From positions 1,120,001 to 1,184,000 of the forward strand of contig OZ244170.1 in the NCBI GenBank assembly GCA_965216565.1: a DNA stretch of 64,000 nt, written 5' to 3'. The stretch comes from Bythopirellula sp. Its GTDB lineage: Bacteria > Planctomycetota > Planctomycetia > Pirellulales > Lacipirellulaceae. Of this stretch, positions 40,076 through 50,664 are shown in pieces (within the stretch, counting starts at the first letter, position 1; each line of letters opens with the position of its first letter). The notes under the pieces were generated by a model. It had not been told where the DNA came from, did not search any database, and saw nothing but the letters and a program-made list of their open reading frames with translations. The position numbers were made by a program, and so were the translations under genes.

Positions 40076-41394
40076 TTTGCGGGCCGCCCGAATGAGACTT
40101 CGATTGGCTGTTTGGGATCGTCCACTCGGAGCTCCCCAGGGGACGGCTCGGGCAGATTGCTAACCCGTACTGCTTGTTTATCCGCAAGTCGCAGGTGTCC
40201 CCGAACCACCACGGCATCGAGTTGGACGTCACTGGCAGGGAGTATGACATATGGCCCCTGGTCGACCCATTTGTCGAGATTCACCTGATGGGCACGTTGT
40301 AACTGGGTCGTGCCTAGATCCCAATAAAGCAATTCCAGTTCCGTGGGTTCAGCTCGCACCGTGAACAAGTGGGCACGGCGGCCTCGATAAATAACAGCTT
40401 CGGCCGGAACGCGATAACCAGGAATTCTTTCTGTCACCAGATCTGCGGTGGCCACCATGCCGGGGCGTAAAAGCCGTTCGGCATTAGGCAGCCGAACCTC
40501 GACTTCGAACAGCCCAGTGCGAGCATCAGCAACTTCGGCAATATGAAAGACTTCTCCCAATAGTGGTGGCCAAGGGTTCCCAAAGCGATCGCGCCCCTCC
40601 AATCGAACATGGGCTCGGAATTTTTCGTCTTGCGATTTTGCGGCGTCGGTCGATCCAGATTGATTCTCGATTTGGCGCTGACGTGCCTCAAGTTCACGTA
40701 TCCGAGATTCTGGCACATCGACTACAAGTAGCACGTCACCGTTTTCAACCAGTTCGAAGACCTGTTGATGAGCGGTCACGGATTCACCCTGTTTGACCAT
40801 GCGTTTTGAGATTGTCGCATCCACTGGCGACCGAAGTGTGGCATCTTCCAGGTTTTTCACCGTCACTTCATACTGTGCCTCGGCTAAGGCTTGGGTTGTG
40901 ACAAGGCTTTGAATCTCTGCCTCGGTGATCGCAGCCGGGTTTGACTGACGCACTCGCTCAGCCCGTTGTACATCGGACTGGGCTTGCGCAACTCGGGCTG
41001 CTGCTTCTCGCTCCTGGGCTTGGTAGACACGTTGATCCAAGGTTGCCAAGACTTGGCCTTTCGCAACTCTATCGCCTTCATCGAGTTCGTTGCCTTGATC
41101 GTTCTGGCCGAGTGATGCGACGCGGCCTGGCACTTCGAAGCCTATTTGGTACGTTTCCCAAGCACGAATCTTTCCTGAGAAGGTGGAGTAGATCTCGCAC
41201 ATCTGAACTTGCAGTGGCTCGATTTCCACAAGCGCTTTGCTTGCAACCACCGCTGGGAGTTTGCGCTGCAAGAGTTCGTCTTGAGATGCGTTGACGTCCG
41301 CTTTGGAGCTCAGCTTCCACATGACCCACACGGCAGCAATCGTCACAGCGATCAATACAACGTAGTGAAGTATCTTTTCCGTCAGGGCTTTCAT
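40072..41394 (-). CDS. RND periplasmic adaptor (membrane fusion protein)
   Basis: N-terminal TM helix, lipoyl half-motifs ([25 protein letters not shown]), LRPGM; overlaps the RND start. Confidence 0.88.
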   Translation of the reverse strand: MKALTEKILHYVVLIAVTIAAVWVMWKLSSKADVNASQDELLQRKLPAVVASKALVEIEPLQVQMCEIYSTFSGKIRAWETYQIGFEVPGRVASLGQNDQGNELDEGDRVAKGQVLATLDQRVYQAQEREAAARVAQAQSDVQRAERVRQSNPAAITEAEIQSLVTTQALAEAQYEVTVKNLEDATLRSPVDATISKRMVKQGESVTAHQQVFELVENGDVLLVVDVPESRIRELEARQRQIENQSGSTDAAKSQDEKFRAHVRLEGRDRFGNPWPPLLGEVFHIAEVADARTGLFEVEVRLPNAERLLRPGMVATADLVTERIPGYRVPAEAVIYRGRRAHLFTVRAEPTELELLYWDLGTTQLQRAHQVNLDKWVDQGPYVILPASDVQLDAVVVRGHLRLADKQAVRVSNLPEPSPGELRVDDPKQPIEVSFGRPAK

Positions 41395-41592
41395 CTGAGG
41401 TAATGCAATAAGAGGAAGGCGGCGGGAGAGAGGTTCCACAGGAAGGCGGGAGATGTGTTCCTTAAATTATGATAGGTAGCCAGCACGAGAGCGGCAATGG
41501 GAAAAGGGATCTCGCACGGAAATCCACAAGCTCGCTATGCTGTTTGAATGACGGATTACGGAGAATTCAAACAGAATGCGTTTTGACCTCGA

Positions 41593-42300
41593 TCAATTCC
41601 TCAATCCCTCGAACAGTAGCGATCCGACCCGCACCATGGTGGCCCCTTCGCGGATGGCGACCTCAAAGTCGTGACTCATACCCATGGAAAGATGGGAGAG
41701 ATCAAATGACCCTGCAAATTGCTTGCTCAGACGATCGCGTAGCTCTCGTAGCGATTCAAAATTGCTGGCAGCTACAGACTCCCCACCTTCTCTGGCAGCC
41801 ATCGTCATTAGCCCGCAAACTTCGAGATGCTCTAAGGGTTCTAACTGTGGTAATAACTGTCCCACTTCGCCAGACGTCAGGCCATCCTTAGATTCGTCGC
41901 CGGAGCAGTTGACTTCCAACAAAATCTTGGCTCGGCGTCTTATTGCTTTGGCTTCTTTGTCAATCGACTGGGCAAGACGGAAACTATCGACGCTGTGGAT
42001 CAAATCGACCAGAGGCAATGTTCGGCGAACTTTATTGCGTTGGAGGTGTCCGATCATATGCCAACGCGCAGAACCTAGAAGCTCGTGATCTGCCTTGTCC
42101 CAAAGTTGCTGAGGCCGACTCTCGCCCAGGCAGTCGCAGCCAGCGTTTATTAGTGCAGCGGCCTCCTCAGCCTCGACGTATTTACTGACGCCTACCAGTA
42201 GAATGTCGTCACTATTTCGACCCGCTTGAGTCGCGGCGTTGGCGATGCGGTCGCGGACGCGGGCCAAGTTGTCGGCAATGATTCCAGAGGCATCAGACAT
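41593..42300 (-). CDS. yggS: PLP homeostasis protein (YggS/PROSC family)
   Basis: VSKY, GESRPQ, WHMIGHLQRNK, GLMTM, LSMGMSHDF, VRVGS. Confidence 0.93.
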   Translation of the reverse strand: MSDASGIIADNLARVRDRIANAATQAGRNSDDILLVGVSKYVEAEEAAALINAGCDCLGESRPQQLWDKADHELLGSARWHMIGHLQRNKVRRTLPLVDLIHSVDSFRLAQSIDKEAKAIRRRAKILLEVNCSGDESKDGLTSGEVGQLLPQLEPLEHLEVCGLMTMAAREGGESVAASNFESLRELRDRLSKQFAGSFDLSHLSMGMSHDFEVAIREGATMVRVGSLLFEGLRN

Positions 42301-42333
42301 GTTTTCATCAGCCAGTCACACGGGTGCGACGAT

Positions 42334-44178
42334 TTAGCCTTCGATTTCCACCAACTCTTCGATCTCGCCGGACGCGGCGAGGAACCGGGCTACCACGCAC
42401 TCGCAAGACAAGTTTTGCCCAAGCAGCGAGCGATTGGCCGTATCTGTGAGTGAACGGTAGAAGAGCCACTGATCCTTGCCGCATTGAGCTCGAAAACCAG
42501 ACGCCACGTCGTGCGGCTGGATTTCCAGATTTTGGGCGATCGTGAGCTGACGCCAGGTGCACTGCTTTTTCGATCGGCCAGCATCCAAATCAATTAATAA
42601 CGGACAGGCCAAATTGCGGCCAACACGTTGCTGCGCTAATCGCATACTGCCGTCGACTTCGGCTAGCTCGCCAAACCGAGGGTCAGTGCGCCACTCGGCT
42701 AGTGCCAGAGGCAAAATTCGCCCCAATGGTTTCGACGTCTTTGCTAAACGCCCTTCACGGGTTTCTCGCTCAGCGATAAACGACACATCGCGGTTGAGCG
42801 GGATCTGCATGCGGTGGGAGATTTCGCCTTCACGGTTTGTCAAAACGTAATCTGAAAGCATTAGAAAGTTTTCGTCGCGAGCGAGGAGGACTTGCCGATC
42901 GAGTTGTCCACCGTCTGCGAGCTCCATGGTTAGCTCGAGAAAATCGACGTCCTCGTCGCTAAACCAACAGATCTCTTCCCAGCTACCCACAGGCTCCAAC
43001 AAATGGCCATCAACAGAAGTCTCCCAATCCCAGGTGCCACTGAACAATTGGTGAGAACCGCTTGTAACGCCAATCCTAAGATCAGGGCTCGAATAATCGA
43101 TTGTTACGGCTGGAACGCCTTTTTCCCATTCAGTACGCATGGAAGCAACGCCTGCCCATTCACAATTATCAGATGTTTCTGGGAAACGATTGTCCGGTTT
43201 TTGAATGATCGACTTCGTGAGCTTTTTGCTGAGTGTGTCCTCAGCCGCAGATACATCGCTTCGATCGCCAGCGAACTGTAGAACTCCGGCGAGAAAGTCG
43301 GGAGTAAGCGATCCTGAGTGTGGCGTGGACAGTATGGGTTCGCCGTTCTGAGAACTTAGCCGCAATGCTTGGGTGGCAGCCCACTGCAATTGCTCTTTAG
43401 CTTTTTTCTTAAATGAAGATTTCTTTGATTGCTGTGAGAGTGAATGACAACGGGTCCAGCTTGCGAGAAGAATGGCATACCAATCGAGGTAAGGGCCGCG
43501 CACCATTCCCTGGCCATTAGTCAGTTCGGCGATGTTCTCCGAAACTGTTGTACCCGATTGTTCGCGCAGCTTGTGGCAACACTTTATCTCTGGAAAGAGG
43601 TGTGCCAATGTCATTGGCAATTCGCCAGCCAGTAATTGTTGCACCAGGCTCTGCTCCGGCGGCAATTCGCAATCGATTGGCCACTCTTCGGCAGCTTTCG
43701 CAATTCCTAAAAGTTCGTCCAAAGCCAGCCACCAATCGGATTCCCCAAGAGCACTTGCAGCCCAGGGCAACAGGTGGGCAATTGCGAGGCACTCAACGGC
43801 AGAACCAACCGTGGCAGGATTCTCCGAGGCATCTCTATGCCAAGACGAGACGATATCTGCAGCCGCCGATAAGGCGGATGAGCTTACGCCTTTGGAATTA
43901 GTCGCGATCTTTTCCAGGCACGTGATGACTTCTGCCAACGGTCCTTGTAACTCGTCGTCTGGCAGTCCCCAGCGTAAAGGGCTAATTCTCGAGTTGAGCA
44001 AGTTGTTGATCGTTCTTGCAGAACGTTGTTTAGTGAGATGCGACGTCCAAATTTTCCATTGCTGAGCGCCGCCAATCTCTGGAGGCGCGCAACTTCGCCA
44101 GAATTTTGATTGCTGTGCTCGATCTTGAATATTCGAAATAGTCGAAGCAGAGGATGCCGGCTCAAGAATGGTAGCCAT
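42334..44178 (-). CDS. Hypothetical protein (helical N-terminus, heparinase II/III-like beta-rich C-terminus)
   Basis: 614-aa ORF co-oriented with yggS; fold guess based on secondary-structure pattern only. Confidence 0.6.
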   Translation of the reverse strand: MATILEPASSASTISNIQDRAQQSKFWRSCAPPEIGGAQQWKIWTSHLTKQRSARTINNLLNSRISPLRWGLPDDELQGPLAEVITCLEKIATNSKGVSSSALSAAADIVSSWHRDASENPATVGSAVECLAIAHLLPWAASALGESDWWLALDELLGIAKAAEEWPIDCELPPEQSLVQQLLAGELPMTLAHLFPEIKCCHKLREQSGTTVSENIAELTNGQGMVRGPYLDWYAILLASWTRCHSLSQQSKKSSFKKKAKEQLQWAATQALRLSSQNGEPILSTPHSGSLTPDFLAGVLQFAGDRSDVSAAEDTLSKKLTKSIIQKPDNRFPETSDNCEWAGVASMRTEWEKGVPAVTIDYSSPDLRIGVTSGSHQLFSGTWDWETSVDGHLLEPVGSWEEICWFSDEDVDFLELTMELADGGQLDRQVLLARDENFLMLSDYVLTNREGEISHRMQIPLNRDVSFIAERETREGRLAKTSKPLGRILPLALAEWRTDPRFGELAEVDGSMRLAQQRVGRNLACPLLIDLDAGRSKKQCTWRQLTIAQNLEIQPHDVASGFRAQCGKDQWLFYRSLTDTANRSLLGQNLSCECVVARFLAASGEIEELVEIEG

Positions 44179-44395
44179 TTTGCTCCTTCAATATGGTCGC
44201 TAGGCGGGATGCATAAGGTGTAAGGCTATGATTTCAGTCTTGCCGTATTCTAGAAAATACTCAGATGATATTCATGGGGGTACGCGAAAATTATCGAAGA
44301 ATGGCCTACCAGACGACTCGCGGGACAATTGGTAGAATTCCAATACTGCAGGTCCTACGTAAATTCAAAGATTACCTTGGAGCAACAAAGATCCC

Positions 44396-45286
44396 ATGGC
44401 AACTGCATTCAGAGCCTTCCTTCTGACTCTCCTTGCTCTGCAGGCTTTGACCTGCCGGGCCGAGGTGGAACTTGGCGACCAAGCGACGGACATTCAGCGC
44501 GACGAAAAGCAGATTCCGCAAGAGGATACCGAACTCCTAGATCACTTTGGTGGCCTGCCGAAGCCCCCCAAGCTTCCTCCGCCGAAGGGGCTGAAGCAGA
44601 TGGCCAAGCCGAATCGGACTTGGATTGACCTGAAAAAGCGGGAAGTTGTGATTGATGGCTATATCTCGCTTCGCGAAGGCATGCTGGAAATGTTTGCTTG
44701 TCCCGTAGGAACCAAAGAGCATGAGTCGGTCATCGCAGTCTACAGTTGGGCCCAAGTCGCTCATGCGGCCCTCTTGGCCGTTGGTGCCGAAAAAGGCACA
44801 CCAGTGAGCTTCAGACCCAAGTTTCAACCACCTACGGGCATGGAGATTGAAATAGAAATCCGCTGGCTCGACGAGAAAAAGAAATGGCGCTCGGCCCGGG
44901 CCCAAGATTGGATAAGAAATGCCCGCACCGGCAAGCCAATGTCGCATCCTTGGGTTTTTGCAGGTAGCGGCTTTTGGAAGGATGAAGATTCTGGCAGAGA
45001 GTACTACATGGGCGATTCGGGCGACTTTATCTGTGTGTCGAATTTCTCGACAGCAACGCTTGATATTCCTGTGGAAAGCTCCCAAATGGCCGGTGGCTTA
45101 GTCTACGAGCCACTAACAGAGAATATCCCCCCCCTGGGCACGCCAGTTCGACTTGTCTTAAAGCCTCAATTCGAAAAAGGAGAAAGGGCGCAGACGTCGG
45201 AAAAGAGAGCGGAACATAAAGGCGGGTCAGGCACTAAGAAAGAAGAGAAACCAAAATCTTCCCAGGCCGAACAAGCCCAAGATTAA
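44396..45286 (+). CDS. Exported YdjY-domain protein
   Basis: Signal peptide; LEMFAC..GTKEHES, HAALLAVGA, WVFAGS, ICVSNF. Confidence 0.72.
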   Translation: MATAFRAFLLTLLALQALTCRAEVELGDQATDIQRDEKQIPQEDTELLDHFGGLPKPPKLPPPKGLKQMAKPNRTWIDLKKREVVIDGYISLREGMLEMFACPVGTKEHESVIAVYSWAQVAHAALLAVGAEKGTPVSFRPKFQPPTGMEIEIEIRWLDEKKKWRSARAQDWIRNARTGKPMSHPWVFAGSGFWKDEDSGREYYMGDSGDFICVSNFSTATLDIPVESSQMAGGLVYEPLTENIPPLGTPVRLVLKPQFEKGERAQTSEKRAEHKGGSGTKKEEKPKSSQAEQAQD

Positions 45287-46557
45287 TTCTCGCTTTCTAA
45301 GCTGGCGACGCGTTTGTTAGAAATGTCGTAGCAATAGACTAAGTCTTGATCACGCAAGAAGAGCCGTCCATTGCAGATGACCGGGTGGACCCAAATGCGG
45401 CCCTTGTCTTTGCGGATCGTGGTTTGAGGGTCTAGTTTGAACCGGCCATGCTCCTGCCAGCCATCTGTCGTGGCATCGATCAGGACTACTTCGCCTTCAT
45501 CTTCACTAAGGCAGTAGAAATGGTCTTCCGCGTAAGCGATGGCCCCCTTGCCGAGAACTCCCTTTTCTCGCCATGCCTTGTCGCCAGTTTCAAACTCTTG
45601 GCAAACCCATCCTTTGCCATCCGAAAATCCGTAGAGGTGGTCGTTTAGCAAGATGACACCACCGTGATGGTTTGCCATGAGTTTGTCGTCGTAGATTTTC
45701 TCTGCCGTTAGGTCGTCGGCAACTCGCATCAGCATACAACCTGCGCCATATCCAGAGCTGACATACACTTCGTTGCCGCGGACAATTGGCGTGGGGATTA
45801 CTGCGACGCGACCTGGCCAAGACTCCGACCATAGGATTGTGCCATCGGAGAGGTCGAATCCTACGAGTTGCTTTTCGAGCAATTGGATGCCAATCGTTTG
45901 ATTGGCGACTTCCATGGTTACAATCGAGGAGTAGTGGGCCATGTCAGTTATGTCGCTAGATCGCCACAGCACTTCGCCAGTCTCTTTTGCCAGTGCGGCA
46001 ATCGTTCCGGGTTCTCCACCCGGGGTACAAAGAACCATGTTTTTGTAGACAAGCGGCGACTCCGCGTATCCCCAAACGGGAATCTTGCCGCCAAGTTCTG
46101 TCATCGAAGCGGACCACACCTGGCTACCATCCGATTTGTTTGAGCAAGTTAGCGTGCCATTCGCGGTCATGGTAAAGATCAGATCACCGTCCACAGTCGG
46201 AGTCGATCGCGGTCCATCGCCCCAGCTATTCTCGTAGATATCCGACAGATCGCTTTGCCAAATTTCTTTGCCTGTTGCGGCATCAAGGCAAAGTAGTTGG
46301 GATTGGCCTTCCCGCCCTCCCATGATGTAGAGTTTGCCTTCTACAATTGCTGGTCCTGCATATCCAACGCCACAGTCTTCAAACATCCACGAACGCGTAG
46401 GGCCGCCCTCAGGCCAACTGGTAAGGAGTCCGCGCTCCGTGGAAAGATCGTCACGATTTGGCCCCCGCCATTGCGGCCATTTGTTCTCTGCCAGGCAGGG
46501 TAGTAGGGTGAGCGCGCCTAACAAAATACTTGTTGCGCATCTAAGCAGCGAGACCAT
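45283..46557 (-). CDS. PQQ-binding-like beta-propeller protein (BamB-like planctomycete family)
   Basis: Signal peptide, WPQWRGP, repeated LD..TG..W blades, STPTV, W.HPV. Confidence 0.85.
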   Translation of the reverse strand: MVSLLRCATSILLGALTLLPCLAENKWPQWRGPNRDDLSTERGLLTSWPEGGPTRSWMFEDCGVGYAGPAIVEGKLYIMGGREGQSQLLCLDAATGKEIWQSDLSDIYENSWGDGPRSTPTVDGDLIFTMTANGTLTCSNKSDGSQVWSASMTELGGKIPVWGYAESPLVYKNMVLCTPGGEPGTIAALAKETGEVLWRSSDITDMAHYSSIVTMEVANQTIGIQLLEKQLVGFDLSDGTILWSESWPGRVAVIPTPIVRGNEVYVSSGYGAGCMLMRVADDLTAEKIYDDKLMANHHGGVILLNDHLYGFSDGKGWVCQEFETGDKAWREKGVLGKGAIAYAEDHFYCLSEDEGEVVLIDATTDGWQEHGRFKLDPQTTIRKDKGRIWVHPVICNGRLFLRDQDLVYCYDISNKRVASLESEN

Positions 46558-46820
46558 ATTCGAACTCCGTTCCAAGTTTCGGGTGCCGATAAGTAGGGCG
46601 GCAGCAAATTCTCGTTTCTAGCCGTTATCTTAAAGTACCGCCAAACGCCTGAGAAGGCTGAGGATCGGTAGTGGCCGGGTTTTGGGCCTGTAAAGGGCTT
46701 CCAGAGCCGGTGTTTACACGCGGCAACACCTGTTGCCAATCCGAACAAGCCTTAGCCCGTAAAGGGTCTGATCGTAGCGATTGTGCTCTGTATTGGGCTC
46801 AGATCGGCGCTTTGAAAAAT

Positions 46821-46835
46821 TGGCACCCGCTTTGC
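46821..46835 (+). promoter_or_regulatory. Sigma54 (-24/-12) promoter
   Basis: TGGCAC-CCGCT-TTGC matches TGGCAC-N5-TTGC, about 70 bp before the 46904 ORF. Confidence 0.8.
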
Positions 46836-46903
46836 CAGTATTTGCTGGCGTCTCGGACACGCACCGCTGACCTCGCGCTGAAATCGAAGACCTCACCGCA
46901 CAT

Positions 46904-47902
46904 ATGGAGCACAATATGACTCAGTCATTGCTAGAAAACTGGAGCCAAGAAGATTTTCACACCGTCGAAGAAGGTGTGCTCGTGGGGCGACATCGATTGG
47001 CCGAAACTGGTTTGTTTACTGATGAATCACTTGCTGAGATCATCGACAACCACCCCTCGGAAGACTTGAGCGTCAATACGATGGGCTCAGAGCCCGGAAT
47101 TTTCGATTGGCGCGAGGGGGACCGCAACGGCGTCGACGGTGCGACATTGGTCCAGTTGGTTCGCACCGGTCAATTGTGGGTGAATTGCCGCAAGATGATT
47201 CAACATCAGCCCAGGATCGCGAAATTGGTAAATGCGATTTATGACGAAATCGAACAGAATAAGCCAGGGTTCAAAGCCGAAGACCGAACCGCCAATCTGC
47301 TGATCTCTTCGCCTGGTGCGTGGGTGCCCTACCATGTCGATATGCCGGTAAACATGCTGTGGCACATTCGCGGCAAGAAGCGCGCTTGGGTTTATCCTCA
47401 TTTCGACAATCGCTTTGCCTCGCCGTTTGTGCTGGGCAAGGTTTGCTCGGGAGAGTGGTCGGAGGAGATTCCTTACGATGAGTCGTTCGACCGCTATGCT
47501 CTAACGTTTGATGCCGAGCCAGGGCAACTGATTACCTGGCCGCAATTGGCTCCGCATCGGGTAGAAAACCTTGATGGTCTGAATGTCTCGCTTTCGACCG
47601 AGCACAAGAATGCCCGCGCTCGCAGAAGGATCAACGTCCACACGGCCAATGGTTTACTCAGAGATAGATTTGGTATCGGCACCAACGACATAGCCGTGGA
47701 TGGCGTGCAGGCCCATGTCAAGCAGTTTGCTTCGCGTGTTTCGAACCTTGCCAATAGGTTCTTTGGCAATGAAAAAGAGCAGTACACCTATCCCGTGAGC
47801 TTTGTCGTGGATCCCTCTGCGGAGAATGGCTACCGACTGATTGAGGGGGAGGACACTCCCGTGGTGGCCCCGCATCTGGAGGTTGGTGCCTCAGCGGTCT
47901 AG
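46904..47902 (+). CDS. JmjC/cupin-like Fe(II)-dependent oxygenase
   Basis: LISSP, PYHVD (HxD), GKKR..VY, PG....WP..PHRVEN (distal His). Confidence 0.78.
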   Translation: MEHNMTQSLLENWSQEDFHTVEEGVLVGRHRLAETGLFTDESLAEIIDNHPSEDLSVNTMGSEPGIFDWREGDRNGVDGATLVQLVRTGQLWVNCRKMIQHQPRIAKLVNAIYDEIEQNKPGFKAEDRTANLLISSPGAWVPYHVDMPVNMLWHIRGKKRAWVYPHFDNRFASPFVLGKVCSGEWSEEIPYDESFDRYALTFDAEPGQLITWPQLAPHRVENLDGLNVSLSTEHKNARARRRINVHTANGLLRDRFGIGTNDIAVDGVQAHVKQFASRVSNLANRFFGNEKEQYTYPVSFVVDPSAENGYRLIEGEDTPVVAPHLEVGASAV

Positions 47903-48101
47903 GGCCACGGTATTCTTCCCGTTCCACTTGATTGGTTATGCAAACAGGTGATGCACCGCAGGCAAGATCGGCAGAGCATAGCCACGGAAGGCCTGTTGCT
48001 GCATAATGGTCAGTTTCAACAGAGTCGTCTGCTACCGAACAGGGTAGGGACGGCAGGAATTCCCGCGTTTCGATCAGTTCGAGACTTCAACAGAAACAAC
48101 G

Positions 48102-49460
48102 ATGGCTATGAGTGAAATCGCAGATAGTTGGAGCCCCGCATCATGGGTGTCTAAGCAAGTTCTCCAGCAACCCACGTACGAAGATAGTACAGCACTTGAG
48201 AAGGCTCTCGAGCGTCTAAGCAAATTGCCACCGTTGGTGACTAGCTGGGAAATCCACTCATTAAAAGAGAAGTTGGCCAAAGCCAGTCGGGGTGAAGCGT
48301 TCGTTCTGCAGGGCGGTGATTGTAGTGAGGATCTGGACGAGTGTTCGTCGGATGCCATCGTTCGCAATTTCAAAGTTCTGCTGCAGATGAGCTTCGTCCT
48401 AGCCTATGGCACCAAACAGCAAATCGTGCGTATCGGAAGAGTTGCCGGACAGTATGCTAAGCCGAGATCCAGCGATAGCGAAACCCGCGATGGTGTCACG
48501 CTGCCTTCCTATCGGGGCGATATAGTCAACCGTAGCGGTTTTTCTGTCGAAGATCGACGTCCTGATCCTGAGCTTCTGTTGAGAGGCTACGAGCGTTCAG
48601 CACTGACTCTTAATTTTATTCGAGCACTTTCCGTTGGTGGTTTTGCCGACTTGCATCATCCTGAGAATTGGGAACTCGAGTTTGGCGGAGATTCACCAAG
48701 GAGCAAACGGTATCACGCCCTGTTGGAATCGATCACTCAAACCTTGTCCTTTATGGAAAAGCTTACGGGCAGCTCTTCTGTTGGCACGAAAGGTGTTGAG
48801 TTCTTCACATCCCACGAAGGGCTGCATCTCAAGTACGAACAGTCGCAAACTCGCGAAGTTCCTGGCCGAACGGGGTGGTACAACCTGAGCACCCATTTCC
48901 CCTGGATCGGCAACCGCACTCGACAGCTAGACGGAGCCCACGTCGAGTATTTCCGCGGCATCATCAATCCCATTGGCATCAAGATCGACGATGTGATTGA
49001 TACGGATGAATTGCTAAAACTCACCGAATTGCTCAATCCAGAAAATGAAGCGGGACGAATTACGTTAATCCATCGAATCGGAGCGAAAAAGATACAGGAT
49101 GCTCTGCCGAGAATTGTAGAAAGTGTGCAGAAGAGTGGCCAGAATGTACTGTGGATTGCCGACCCCATGCACGGGAATACCTTCTCAGCCGAGGGCGGAC
49201 GCAAAACGCGCGACTTTGACGCGATCCTCTCCGAGCTTCGGCATTCTTTCGCCATTCACAAATCTTGCGGTTCAAAGCTGGGTGGAGTCCATCTGGAATT
49301 AACTGGGGACAATGTCACGGAGTGCGTTGGCGGTCCTGCCAATCTGAAGGAATCCGATCTGGGCAGAGCCTATAAGACTGCCGTCGATCCCCGGCTGAAT
49401 TACGATCAGGCGATGGAAATTGCTTTTCTAATTGTCGACGAACTAAAACAATCTAGCTGA
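48102..49460 (+). CDS. Class II 3-deoxy-7-phosphoheptulonate (DAHP) synthase
   Basis: LQGGDCSE, GRVAGQYAKPRS, SYRGD.VN, TSHEGL, WIG.RTR, DPMHGNT, DPRLN. Confidence 0.95.
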   Translation: MAMSEIADSWSPASWVSKQVLQQPTYEDSTALEKALERLSKLPPLVTSWEIHSLKEKLAKASRGEAFVLQGGDCSEDLDECSSDAIVRNFKVLLQMSFVLAYGTKQQIVRIGRVAGQYAKPRSSDSETRDGVTLPSYRGDIVNRSGFSVEDRRPDPELLLRGYERSALTLNFIRALSVGGFADLHHPENWELEFGGDSPRSKRYHALLESITQTLSFMEKLTGSSSVGTKGVEFFTSHEGLHLKYEQSQTREVPGRTGWYNLSTHFPWIGNRTRQLDGAHVEYFRGIINPIGIKIDDVIDTDELLKLTELLNPENEAGRITLIHRIGAKKIQDALPRIVESVQKSGQNVLWIADPMHGNTFSAEGGRKTRDFDAILSELRHSFAIHKSCGSKLGGVHLELTGDNVTECVGGPANLKESDLGRAYKTAVDPRLNYDQAMEIAFLIVDELKQSS

Positions 49461-49467
49461 GCCTCTC

Positions 49468-50637
49468 ATGGAAGAGTTTCAAATCTCCAGCACGGTCGGT
49501 GTGTTGGCTACACTCAGCGGGATTTGTGCGTTCTTCTTTTGGCTCGAAAAGAAGACGGCCTGGCGGCTGTTTCAGTTTCTGCCACCGTTGATCTTCATTT
49601 ATCTCGTGCCGGTTCTGCTCTCGGGAGGAGGGCTGCTGGTTTCCGATTCCCCAGTTTATAGTGTTATCCGTAGTGTCGCGCTGCCAATGATGCTCGTGCT
49701 ATTGCTGCTGAAAGTTGACGTCGGTGGGGCTGTACGAGTGCTGGGTCGAGGAGTGGGAGTCATGCTCTTCGGCACGCTAGGTGTAATGATCGGAGCACCG
49801 ATCGGATTTCTTGCCGTCAAATCCTGGCTTGGCCCTGAAAGCTGGAAAGCCTTTGGGGTGTTGGCAGGCAGTTGGATTGGCGGCACGGGAAACATGGCTG
49901 CGGTAAGCGAGATGATTGGTGCCAGCGGCACGGATGTAGGGCTTGCCGTGGTAGGTGATTCAGCGATCTATCTGTTTTGGTTGCCCATCTTACTGGGCTC
50001 TAAATTACTAGCCGATAAGTTTGCTCGCTTCTCTGGCGTCGACAAAGATCGGGTGGCCAAGATGGAGGCCGCCGCCGCGGAGGAGCATAACGAACGCGTT
50101 GCTCCTACAACGCCAGACATCCTCGCGCTGTTGGCGATCGCTCTGATTGCGACTTGGATCGCCGAGATCATCGCCTTGCAATTGCCGGTGGCCGAGCCTT
50201 ACCTGAGCGTATCGACATGGAGAATCTTACTAATCACGTGTATTGGAATCAGCCTCTCGTTCACGCCCCTCAGTAAAATCGCTGGCAGTCACGAATTTGG
50301 CATGGCACTAGTCTATCTTTTTGTGGCCCGCATGGGTGCGAGTACCGATTTGCAAAGTGCGGCAGATCAGATTATTCCATTTCTCGTGGGAGCGACCATC
50401 TGGATTTTCATCCACGGCTTTTTCTGCCTATTGGGTGCAAAGATTTTGAAGGTCGACGTCCACACAGCGGCGATTGCGAGTGCCGCCAACATCGGTGGGG
50501 CCGCTTCGGCGCCGATCGTCGCCGCCCATCATCGCAGTAGCCTGGTGCCGGCCAGCATCTTGATGGCACTCATCGGTTACGCAGTCGGCAACTTTGCTGC
50601 CTATTTCACGGCGTTACTCTGTTCCTGGGTCGCCTGA
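49468..50637 (+). CDS. DUF819 family membrane protein (putative transporter)
   Basis: GSWIGGTGNM and ASAANIGGAASAP motifs; about 11 TM helices. Confidence 0.82.
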   Translation: MEEFQISSTVGVLATLSGICAFFFWLEKKTAWRLFQFLPPLIFIYLVPVLLSGGGLLVSDSPVYSVIRSVALPMMLVLLLLKVDVGGAVRVLGRGVGVMLFGTLGVMIGAPIGFLAVKSWLGPESWKAFGVLAGSWIGGTGNMAAVSEMIGASGTDVGLAVVGDSAIYLFWLPILLGSKLLADKFARFSGVDKDRVAKMEAAAAEEHNERVAPTTPDILALLAIALIATWIAEIIALQLPVAEPYLSVSTWRILLITCIGISLSFTPLSKIAGSHEFGMALVYLFVARMGASTDLQSAADQIIPFLVGATIWIFIHGFFCLLGAKILKVDVHTAAIASAANIGGAASAPIVAAHHRSSLVPASILMALIGYAVGNFAAYFTALLCSWVA

Positions 50638-50664
50638 GCGAAGAAAGCGAATCCGCAACGGGCG

